NCBI GenBank assembly: GCA_964270895.1
Contig: OZ185446.1
Length of the DNA stretch: 64,000 nt
Source of the DNA: Podarcis filfolensis
Taxonomy: Eukaryota
Direction: 5' to 3' (one strand)
Shown here: positions 23,226 through 32,962 of the stretch, piece after piece
How the letters are laid out: the number at the start of each line of letters is the position of its first letter
Position numbering within the stretch: position 1 is the first letter of the stretch
The notes under the pieces: model-generated
Databases searched by the model: none
What the model was told of the DNA's origin: nothing
What the model saw: only the letters and a program-made list of their open reading frames with translations
Program-made: the position numbers and the translations under genes

Positions 23226-23765
23226 TATTTAAATTGAAATTGAAATACTTCATTGTCACTTGTACAACTTGTATACAGTGAGATTACACGAGCACCCCCA
23301 CTCAGCTCTCTTAGACTTAATTCCCCTCGTTTACTGACGCACACCCACCAAACCCGAAAGTCACTTGCCCTGTTGTTATCTTTTCATTCAGCAGCCTAAC
23401 AGCCCACAGATAGAAGCTGTTCTTTACCCTGTTGGTGCGACTAATCATGCTTCTATATCTTCTGCCTGAGGGCAGGAGATCAAGAAAGTGTCAGTCAGGG
23501 TTTGAATCATCCCTGAGAATTTTCCTCACTCTCCTGAGGCAATGATCTTCCGCTATTTCATCCAGCGGATTCACGGGACAGCCCATAATATCTTGTGCTG
23601 TATTCACCACCCTCTGTAGGCACTTCCTATCAGTTGATGTCAAACCAGCGTACCACACCATGATGCAGTATGAAAGGACACTTTCTGTTGTGGATCGGTA
23701 GAAGGAGATCATCAATTGTTGATTGCCATCGTTCTTTTGCAATACTCTGAGCAATACATGTGCAA
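23226..23765 (-). mobile_element. Rex1/Babar LINE 3' fragment
   Basis: ORF 23491-23754(-) FYRSTTESVLSYCIMVWYAGLTSTDRKCLQRVVNTAQDIMGCP; downstream LLPSGRRYRS..RVKNSFY; (TTCAAT)n-type tail. Confidence 0.85.
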
Positions 23766-23995
23766 AGGTCTCCTTTGCGGGGACTGATCTGGCCTCAATG
23801 GTTTGAAACCCATTTATGTCCGTGGAATAGCTCTGGCACTGCTTTCCCTTGCTTGCTTCTTTGAGACCCCCAGGAGGGGAGTTGAGAGGAAGTGGACGAA
23901 CACGATAATCTGTGCAGTGCCGGAGTGCAGACTGTCAGGGTATCACATGCATCTGATTCAGAGGGAGACAGAGAGAATTGTAGCAATCTGATATA

Positions 23996-24245
23996 CAGCC
24001 GTACCTTGGAAGTCAAACGGAATCCGTTCTGGAAGTCCGTTCAACTTCCAGAACGTTCGGAAACCAAAGCGTGGCTTCCGATTGGCTGCAGGAAGCTCCT
24101 GCAGCCAAGCAGAAGCCGTGGAAGCCCTGTCGGACGTTCGGCTTCCAAAAATAGTTCGCAAACTGGAGGAGTCACTTCCAGGTTTGCGGCGTCCGGGAGC
24201 CAAAATGTCCGAGTACTAAACTGTTCAGAAACTAAGGTACGACTG
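23996..24245. mobile_element. Tigger-like MITE, family B
   Basis: TIR cagccgtaccttgg / ctaaggtacgactg, TA TSD; partial copy at ~49752-49814. Confidence 0.85.
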
Positions 24246-24769
24246 TATACATGAGACTGGGGCGAGGAGCCTGGAGCTCTCTAGAGATTTCTGTACTACG
24301 ATTCTGCTTATCCTTGAATGTTGGTCAAACAGGCGGGGGCCGATGGGAGTTGTAGCCTAACAAGGAGGGCCGCAGGTTCTCCCCACCCAACTGCTTTAAG
24401 ATTACCAACGTTCCTGGATTTGAAAAACTTATTTTTAAGTAGCAAGGTGCTAGCATCTGGTAGGCTTTTCTTTAATGGCTGAAGAGTTTGACCAATGCTG
24501 AGGGGAAACTTGGCATCCAGTTGGCCAGTGTGAGATTAGGATGCTGGATTAGATGGGCTTCTGGCCTGATCCAGCAAAGTTCTTCTTATGGACAGCCAGG
24601 GAAGATTTGGGAGAAATGACTTGTGGCAGGAGAAAAGGAGGGGTCCCTGCGAAGGTTTTCCTTGCACTGGAATGTAGGGATGGACCAGCAAGACAAGCAG
24701 GAGATTTGTATGGGAATGGAGAGCAAAGCCAGGCAGAGGCAAGAACTCCGAGGTGCAGAGAGTCAAAAG

Positions 24770-24770
24770 C

Positions 24771-24823
<53 letters not shown>

Positions 24824-25365
24824 TCATCACCCATCTGACTGGGTTGCTGCAACCACCCTGGGCGGCTTTCAATAAAAACATAGCAAAACATCAAACATTA
24901 AAAACTTCCCTAAACAAGGCTGCTTTCAGATGTCTTCTAAATGTCAGATAGTTGTCTATTTCCTAGACATCTGATAGGTGGAGGTTCCACAGGAAGGGCA
25001 CCACCACCAAGAAGGCCCTCTACCTGGTCCCCTGTAACTTCACTTCTCACAGTGAGGGAACTGCCAGAAGGCCCGCAGAGCTGTATCTCAGTGTCCGGAC
25101 TGAGCAATGGGGGTGGAGATGCTCCTTCAGATATACAGGGCCGAGGCCATTTAGGGCTTTAAAGGTCAGCATCAGCACTTGGAGTTGGGCTCAGAAACCT
25201 ACTGGGAGCCGATGTAAATCCTTTAGGACTGGTGTTATATGGTCCTAGCTGCCGCTCCCAGTTGCCAGTCTAGCTGCCTCCTTCTGAAATAGTTGCGTAT
25301 TCCAAGTCACCTTCAAAGGTAGCCCCACATAGAGCACATGGCAGTAGTCCAAGCGGGAGATAAGG
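24770..25365 (-). mobile_element. L2 LINE 3' fragment with long (AAT)n tail (24770-24822)
   Basis: Reverse-complement homolog of 1175-1662; rc frame ISRLDYCHVLYVGLPLK. Confidence 0.9.
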
Positions 25366-25573
25366 GAGCCATTTTTCTTCAATGAAGACTTCTTTGAGGA
25401 CTGTGCAAAGCTTTCTAATAGGTTTCTGTACATGTCAGCAGCACATCCAGAATAAGAAACTGCTGTGTGGCAGTGTGTGAACTGGAATTAGCGATGAGAT
25501 AATCTTGCTGAACTGTCGGAGATAATGTAAAGGCCTCATTGCATTCCCTTGCATTCCTTCAGGCAAGAAGAGG

Positions 25574-25574
<1 letters not shown>

Positions 25575-25608
<34 letters not shown>
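25575..25608. repeat. (TG)n microsatellite
   Basis: Direct. Confidence 0.95.
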
Positions 25609-25611
<3 letters not shown>

Positions 25612-26169
25612 GAGCACGAATTAAGGTCCTAGGGTGGTGTGGTTATAATTCTTTAGGGTGATACTATGGGTCCCTAATAGCCAAGTCCTTTAGGAATGAA
25701 GGATCAGTGGTGCTTAACAGAGATGAGCCTCCTTGCGTCATAATGGCATAATAGAGCAGGGCCCCTCTAGACTGGTGTTTTGTCGTGGTTATGTTCTGCA
25801 ACATATCATTGACCCAACAGTAGTAATTTAGTGGGGGATTTAAATGGACCGTCAACACATCGTTCTGCTTCATTAGCTGTTCTGCGGTGCTTTGCAAGTG
25901 CTGCTGTCTTGCAGTATAGTGCAACAACAGCAGGGCATTCACCCACAGAAACACACATCAAACACTGTGGTATAAAAAATATTACAGGATTTCAGTAGTA
26001 TGCTATGGGACATGCCCTGATCGGAAACAAAAGCTGCGTGTTTGCCCCCAAAACGGTTGCAGAGGCAAACAGTATGGAAGCCATTAAATGGCATCTATCA
26101 AGACTAGGACTTGAACTCGGAGACCTGCTTTTACACCAATATGAATGCTCAGGAGATGGACTTGGATGA

Positions 26170-26586
26170 GTCAGGGGTCTAGAAACCAAGCCTTATGAAG
26201 AACGGTTGAAGGAGCTGGGTATGTTTAGCCAGGAAAAGAGGCGGCTGAGGGGAAATATGATGACCATCTTCAAATATCTGAAGGGCTGTCCCATGGAGGA
26301 TGGAGAAAGCTGGTTTTCTCCTGCTCAGGGGGATAGGACTTGAATCAATGGATTCAAGTTTCAGGAGGGAGATTCCGATTAAACATCAGGAAGAACTTTC
26401 CGACAGTAAGAGCTGTTCGACAGTGGAACGGACTCCCTTCGGAGGTTGTGGACTCTCCTTCCTTGGAAGATTTTGAGCAGAGGTTGGATGGCCATCTGTC
26501 ATGGATGCTTTAGTTGAAATTCTTGCATTGCAGGGGGTTGGACTAGATGACCCTTGAGGTCCCTTCCAGCTGTACCATTCTATGAA
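26170..26586 (+). mobile_element. CR1 LINE 3' fragment
   Basis: YEERLKELGMFS.EKRRLRG.M frame; CR1 3' UTR and tail. Confidence 0.9.
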
Positions 26587-26637
26587 ACCTAAATCGTATT
26601 GCCTTATCATTATTCTCCAGCTTTGCTAATATAAAGA

Positions 26638-26931
26638 TGTTAAGTTGTGGGTGAACATATCAGACAACACAGCGATTCTTCAAACAGCTCTTGTTTATTT
26701 CGAGGCCAGAACGGAACTGAACTGAAGAGCTCAGTCAGCCTGCTTATATAGAACTCCAGTACAACGTTACTGTAGCAACTTTCTAAAACTATCCAATCAC
26801 TGAACGTCACTTTCGATCCTGCATTTGCATACAAACTATCCAATCACTGAATGTCACTTTTGATCCTTCATTTGCATAACTATCTACAGTATCCCCCTGC
26901 TGGCCCAGGGTGAGAACTTCAGTACATAACA
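26638..26931 (-). mobile_element. Solo LTR (294 bp) with perfect 5-bp TSD
   Basis: TGTTA..TAACA termini, TSD aaaga/aaaga; on the minus strand two octamer + CCAAT units, TATATAAG and AATAAA. Confidence 0.93.
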
Positions 26932-28065
26932 AAAGACACATTGCTTTGTCTTATTTTCTGCCTCCCAAGAGACCTGTTTGTTTCAGTTGGGGCCTGAGGC
27001 AGAGCCAAATAACTACTTAGTAGTCACTTCAATAACTTTTATTCTTAGAAATGGGAGGCATCCCTTTTCGCTGCCTTTGTCCCAATAACCCTGCATGAAT
27101 CTTAGAAACCCCTCTTTGTCTCTCACAGAACTACAGTTCCCAGAGTTCCCTGTGAAGAGGGATTGGTTGTTAAACCTCTCTGGGACTTGTAAATCTGTGG
27201 CAGGGAAGAGGTGTCTCCTAACACCTCACAGTACCTTTAACAAACTACAACTCCCAGAATCCTTTGGGGGAAGCCATGACTGTGTAAAGTGGTATTATAC
27301 TGCTTTAAACGTACAGTGTACATGTGGCTTTTTCCAGAGTTGACTATCATTATTATTTATTTAATTTATATAATGCTCTATATCCAGAGGCCTAAGGGCG
27401 GTTCACAGAAGAAAATCAAAATATAAAACCACAAAATATATAGTCAAAACAGAAACAACAACCCAATATCCCCTTGGGTTTCCCTTGGGATTGATGGACG
27501 TTGCAGTCCAAACCATCTGGGGGACACCAGGTCTGAAACAGAAAATATTAAATGAGATGGACTCAAGTTGTCACTCCACTCCAGATGTATTTTCTTATGC
27601 TGGTTGAAGCTGAAACACATCACAGAGGGCCAAACAGAGCACACACTCTGGTGTAATGATAGCTGCTCATGCACTCATTAGCCAAATCTGAGCTGGTTTT
27701 ATTTATGCTGGAGCCCACAAGGAGAATGAATTTCTTCTGTCTCATTCTCCACTGCCCTCTCAGGCATGAAGGGAGGACAAATGAGCCGTGTGATCTGAGC
27801 ATTCACAATATGAGGCGAAGCTGGAGAAGCGTGGCTCAGGGCGACAGTGTGAGCATCAGGCAGAGCAAAGCTGTCTGACCCAGACGGCTCAGCAACCCCA
27901 CAAGCGTTTCAGACAGGGACATCAATGGAATCGGAAAGGGCAAGTTTTTTACAACACCAGCAGGGGACTCCAAACACGTTGCAAGCGCCGGGATGCAAGA
28001 AACAAGAGATAATAGTATTTGGCTCCAGCATAGGCTGGAGTCTGTCGTAGGTGTGTTGCAATCCT

Positions 28066-28210
28066 AGCCTTCCCCTACATGATGCCCTCCAGACATTTTG
28101 GACCGCAGCTCTTATCATTCCTGACCATTTGCCTTGCTGGCTGAGGCTCATGGGAGTTGGAATGGTTTGGAATCCAAGAACATTTTGGTGCAACAGATTG
28201 AGGAAACCTG
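28066..28210. mobile_element. Short palindromic squamate MITE (same family as 21852)
   Basis: agccttcccc..gatgccctccagacattttggacc..tgggagttgg..gaggaaacctg. Confidence 0.55.
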
Positions 28211-28385
28211 CCCTAGATTAGAATCAAGATAGCACCTTTCTTGATGGCCCGAAAGGTCTTCCCGTTCTTTTCTTCTTTAGCCAAAATCTTGATTGTGGTG
28301 CACAGACTGCATTTTTCTCTGACATATCCCAGGTTCAGAATGCTATGCAGACTCAAGAGTGATATCTGGAGACTAGCAATAGCAC

Positions 28386-28452
28386 TCCTATTCTATTCTA
28401 TTCTATTCTATTCTATTCTATTCTATTCTATTCTATTCTATTCTATTCTATT
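28386..28452. repeat. (CTATT)n pentanucleotide microsatellite
   Basis: Direct. Confidence 0.95.
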
Positions 28453-29225
28453 TTTCTCACCTCCACTGCCTTCTGGAGATCCAAGTTTATTGTTGGATTC
28501 TGGGCCTCTCCTTGAGTTCCTTCGAAGAGAGTAGCAAATGTTAGGAGGCACTGCAAACAGGGTTGTGTTACAAAGGAAAGATATAAGTCACTGTGCGCAA
28601 GACAGGTCGCCGGACATGTGAGAGTCTTGGGTGTCAAGGCAGCTCCAGTGCCCCACAGGCTCAAATTGCCTTTCACAAAGTCATTGTCTGTGAAAGAAAC
28701 CTTCGGTGCAGGCGTGGCTAACCTGTGACCTTCCAGATGTTGTTGAACAGTAACTCCCATCACGCCTGACCGCCGGCCATGCTGGCTGAGGCTGATGATA
28801 GTTGACATCTAACATCTGGAAGACGACGAGTTTTAGTGGCTTGTCTGGTGCATCTCCTCATGTTACAAGAGGATTGATTTCATTTTCTCTGTGAACTATC
28901 CGTGGCAGACGGGTGTTAAGCCTGCCCTTGAAATAGCAGGTTTAACCTTGACACCTTTGCTCAATTGGTAGGTGACAATCAGGATGTAATTACACCACCG
29001 AAAAGATGTTGTCTTTCTAGTTTAAGTTAGTCTCCATGGGGGTCTTGTCCTCTCCCCCCCCTTTTGAACCCTTCGCATGTGCTTTGTGAAGTTTTAATCA
29101 AATGTGTGTCTGCTCCAATAGCATTTCAGAATGTGCTACTGTCCTCTGTTGTTATTTAAAGGACCCACAGAACTCAAAAGTACATTTTACTGGATAAGGT
29201 GCTATTGATGTGGTTCTGTATCCTT

Positions 29226-29287
29226 GGGAAAGGACCGTAGCTCAGTGACAGAACATCTGCTTTGCATGCAGAAGGTTAGCATCTCCC
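29226..29287 (+). mobile_element. tRNA-derived SINE head (Squam3-like), truncated
   Basis: gggaaaggaccgtagctcagtgacagaacatctgctttgcatgcagaagg; similar to 36985. Confidence 0.65.
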
Positions 29288-29968
29288 TGAGGTGAGAGAT
29301 AGTTACGAGACAAAAGGCCAGCGTTTCAGGAAGCTGAAGTGGGGGTGGTGCCAGAGCACAAGCTGGGCTGTCTGTTTTATGCTGCAGAGAGGGCCAGACA
29401 CAATGTTTGGGGTCTCTTGCAATCAGAGTCTGCAGCAATGGAAGGAACAAGGGTCCCTCTTGGGATGTGAATGCTCTGAACTCTCTCCATCTAGACGCTG
29501 GTTGTATATATGTGTAAATAAACCATACATCATAAAGACACCATGGACTCCACTGTGCCTCATTCTTCCAAAAGGTAACATGTTGTTGTTTAGTCATTTA
29601 GTCGTGTCCGACTCTTCGTGACCCCATGGACCAAAGCATACCAGGCACTCCTGTCTTCCACTAACTCCCGCAGTTTGGTCAAACTCATGTTGGTAGCTTT
29701 GAGAACACTGCCCAACCATCTCGTCCTCTGTCGTCCCCTTCTCCTTGTGCCCTCCATCTTTCCCAACATCAGGGTCTTTTCCAGGGAGTCTTCTCTTCTC
29801 ATGAGGTGGCCGAAGTATTGGAGCCTCAGCTTCAGGATCTGTCCTTCCAGTGAGCACTCAGGGGTGATTTCCTTAAGAATGGATAGGTTTGATCTTCTTG
29901 CAGTCCATGGGACTCTCAAGAGTCTCCTCCAGCACCATAATTCAAAAGGTAACATAGACCCTGCTAAG
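29288..29968 (+). mobile_element. LTR (same family as 56227-56740) interrupted by BovB
   Basis: Shares tcttggg.tgt.aatgct and tgtatatatg..tgtaaataaaccata.at.ataaagacac with the 56 kb copy. Confidence 0.7.
29581..29943 (-). mobile_element. BovB 3' fragment with 11-bp TSD
   Basis: aaaaggtaaca at 29570-80 and 29944-54. Confidence 0.95.
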
Positions 29969-30330
29969 TGTTGGATAATCTCTCTCTGTCTGTGAGAAGC
30001 ATTTGTACCAGAAACAGAGAAGAACAGAGAAGGAAGTTTCAAGACAGCAGAAGGCTGAGATTGTTTTGTCTATGCAAGGACATTTTCTGTGGGAACTGTT
30101 ATTTGGACATGTGCAGTGTGACAGGAAGTACTGATAACAAGGTTCTGTATACCTTGTTGTGAGTCTGTTGCTTGTGCCTTGCGGTGAGAGAAGCAGAGAG
30201 TGAGTCTTGGACTCTTATTGGACTCTTAAGCATGCCTTGACCATGGCAGTGGTGAATGTCTGTATATATTTGCTGCCAACATGCTTTTATGCCTGTCAAG
30301 TAAACCTCTACACTTGACTGAATCTTTATG
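29969..30330 (+). mobile_element. Second LTR-like element
   Basis: TGTTGG start, GA-rich U3-like region, AGTAAA signal at ~30299; right end uncertain. Confidence 0.5.
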
Positions 30331-30448
30331 ATGCCCATAAGTGTTTATTGCCTGCTGTATGTGCCTTCAACCCTGAATACGCTTCCAAGGAAGGAACTGC
30401 GTTGAGATGCAACTCTGCTAGGTATGGATACTGGCGCGCGTGCACGCC

Positions 30449-30451
<3 letters not shown>

Positions 30452-30484
<33 letters not shown>
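30452..30484. repeat. (CA)n microsatellite
   Basis: Direct. Confidence 0.95.
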
Positions 30485-30487
<3 letters not shown>

Positions 30488-30621
30488 CGAAAGTGATGCC
30501 GGACCCAATCCTTCTAAATCATCCATCAGAGGTTGATGGATTGATCCAACGTGAAGTTCACCTGTACTCCTGGAATCTCACACCGCTTGAAGATCGGGGT
30601 GGTGTGTAACAGTATTATACT

Positions 30622-30715
30622 GTAGAATCATAGGACCTTAGAATTGTAGCATTGGAAGGGACCCCAAGGGTCATCTGTTCCAACCCTATGCAGGAATCTC
30701 AACTAAAGCATCCAT
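30622..30715 (-). mobile_element. CR1 3' tail fragment
   Basis: tagaatcatagg..ggaagggaccccaagggtcatct..aactaaagcatcca. Confidence 0.8.
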
Positions 30716-30838
30716 CTGATGACCCATCTGATGTGAACATCCATGTGTGAGAACATAATGCATGAACCTCTCCTTACGCATTTCATGAACACCAGAGTTG
30801 GGAAAAACAAGGGGACATAGCTGCCCTTTATTGCAGTA

Positions 30839-31064
30839 CAGTGGTACCTCGGGTTACATACGCTTCAGGTTACAGACTCCACTAACTCAGAAATATTACC
30901 TTGGGTTAAGAACTTTGCTTCAGGATGAGAACAGAAATGGTCCAGCAGCAGCACAGCGGCAGCAGGAGACCCCATTAGCTAAAGTGGTGCTTCAGGTTAA
31001 GAACAGTTTCAGGTTAAGAACGGACCTCCGGAATGAATTAAGTTCTTAACCTGAGTTACCACTG
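30839..31064. mobile_element. Tc1/mariner MITE, family A (opposite orientation to 16073)
   Basis: Same TIRs, TA TSD. Confidence 0.92.
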
Positions 31065-31473
31065 TACATCTGCTCTCTTCCTAGGAGATTGCAATTCCTG
31101 GCAGCGGCAGCCAACAGGGCAGGGCTTTGGGGCAGATGTCCATGCCCAACTCAGAAGAACGAGCAAGACCTCCGGTTGCAGCCAGGCAGTCTGGCCACAT
31201 TTTGAAATGAGTGGAGCAAAACACATCACGACCCAAGGAACTTCCCAGCTCAGTAAGACCATTAAACTCACAAGCACCTTTCACCTTGCCATGCCTCTTT
31301 CTACGTGAGGAGGAGCCTCCTGGGCTTGTACAGGGAGAGAAAAGACCCTGAGCTGCTGATTTATTAATTTCCAGGGCAGGAGCCAAGGCTGTGCGGCAGG
31401 CTTCTCAACCGTGTTGGGAATGCTGAGCCTCCGGGAATCACTGGGGCTGATTGTGAAAGGAAGGTAGGAAGTC

Positions 31474-31476
<3 letters not shown>

Positions 31477-31535
<59 letters not shown>
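31477..31535. repeat. (GA)n microsatellite
   Basis: Direct. Confidence 0.95.
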
Positions 31536-31539
<4 letters not shown>

Positions 31540-32479
31540 GCTGTTCATCATCATTTCCACCCTAAACTTTGGGCAATGGAAAATATTCCAGATTTTTTTC
31601 CTGGAAACCTCACAGCATTGGGTAGGGACATGAGTTGAAAGCACGTTTTTTGTCCAGGACTGGGGTTTTCTATGCTCATATAATTGGATTGGGGTTCATA
31701 GAGGATTGCCTCCTACAGCCTCAGGTGTGCTTATGGTCTCTTGCAAACTTGTTGAGCCTTCCAAGTTTGCTTCTGGAATGAAACTGAATTTTTGCCGCTG
31801 CCCCCTCCCCCGAGGTGTGTGAGCCTCTGCTTTCTGTGTGGCAGCGCAGGAAAGAGCCTCTGCAAAGCCAAGCCTCGGGGGCTTGACCCTGGTTTGGTCC
31901 GGATCCAGGCATCTCTTTGCCATTCAGTGGCATAATATTTATCCGAGCACGGAAGGTCTGCCAAGTCACATGGCTTGGCAGCCGGACACACTCTTGGGCC
32001 CCATTGACGTGGGTGCAGAGACACACCTCCCAGTCATGCCGCTGTGCTCTGATGACAATCCAGATAAAGTCACGCTGCGAGAGGCAAAGGACTCGCACTG
32101 CCCAGTTCTCTGCAGAGGACCAGAAAAATTCAAATCAGATGACAACGAGCCAGATATTGAGGGGGGGCAGGAATCACATGAGCATTTTAAGAATGTTGAT
32201 CTCTCCAGAATAAAGGCACCACAAGAATATAAAACATTGTGTACACCAGAAGGTTTTTGTTTTGTTTTGTTTAGTTGTGGTGTGTATCAAGGGACAAAAT
32301 GGGCATTTCTTTCATACAGAGCAAAGTACTCTGTTCTCTACATTTGGGGGATTTAAGTGATTTTTTCTTCCACTGTTTTGCACATAGTTCCTTATTCCCT
32401 CGAGCAGTAGGTAGTTCGGCTAGAGGGGGTTGGATCCAACTAAGCCCTGCTCTGAGTAGACCCATTGAAACTATTCCAT

Positions 32480-32665
32480 TTGTAGCCCACCTGTCCTACA
32501 AGGAGCTCAAGACGGTGTGCATCGTTCTCTCCCTCATTTAATCCTCACAGTAGCCCTGAGAGGGAGTGAGCGGTCCAGGTCACTCAGTGAGCTTCATGGC
32601 CACGTAGGAATTTAAACCCTGGTCTCCCAGGTCCTAGTTTAACCCTCTAACCACTGCACCACACT
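32480..32665 (-). mobile_element. Old MIR/CORE-like SINE
   Basis: aatcctcacagtagccctgagagg..ggtcactcagtgagcttcatggc..ctaaccactgcaccac. Confidence 0.65.
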
Positions 32666-32833
32666 ATATCCCAAATTAACGGAACTAAGCTAGTCATGCC
32701 ATTCATATCAATGGGTCTACCATGAGTTGGATACAGCACAAGGTCAACTTCCTTGTGAAGAGAGTGAGCTGGAGGCTTTTGGCATCTTTGTCACTCCTAG
32801 TGGAACAACAATAAAACCGCTAGCACATTTGCA

Positions 32834-32962
32834 AAGCTAAGCAGGATCCAGTATGGTTTCACGTTGGATGGGGGACCACATATTGAGATTCCTACCTTTC
32901 AGGGGATTGGACTAGATGTCCTCTCAGAGTCCCTTCAAACTCTACAATTCTGTGATCCTATG
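32834..32962 (+). mobile_element. 5S rRNA-headed element with CR1 3' tail
   Basis: aagctaagcaggatccagtatggtttcacgttggatgggggacc aligns to the 5S internal control region AAGCTAAGCAGGGTCGGGCCTGGTTAGTACTTGGATGGGAGACC, followed by gagattcc..ggactagatg..cccttcaaactctacaattctgtgat (CR1 tail). Confidence 0.7.

Noticed and set aside
24549-24951. Poly-Leu, poly-Asn and poly-Ile ORFs
   Set aside because: Translations of the (AAT)n L2 tail.
30798-31049. Recurring YLGLRTLLQDENRN ORFs (also 36404, 58795)
   Set aside because: Translations of the Tc1/mariner MITE family A.
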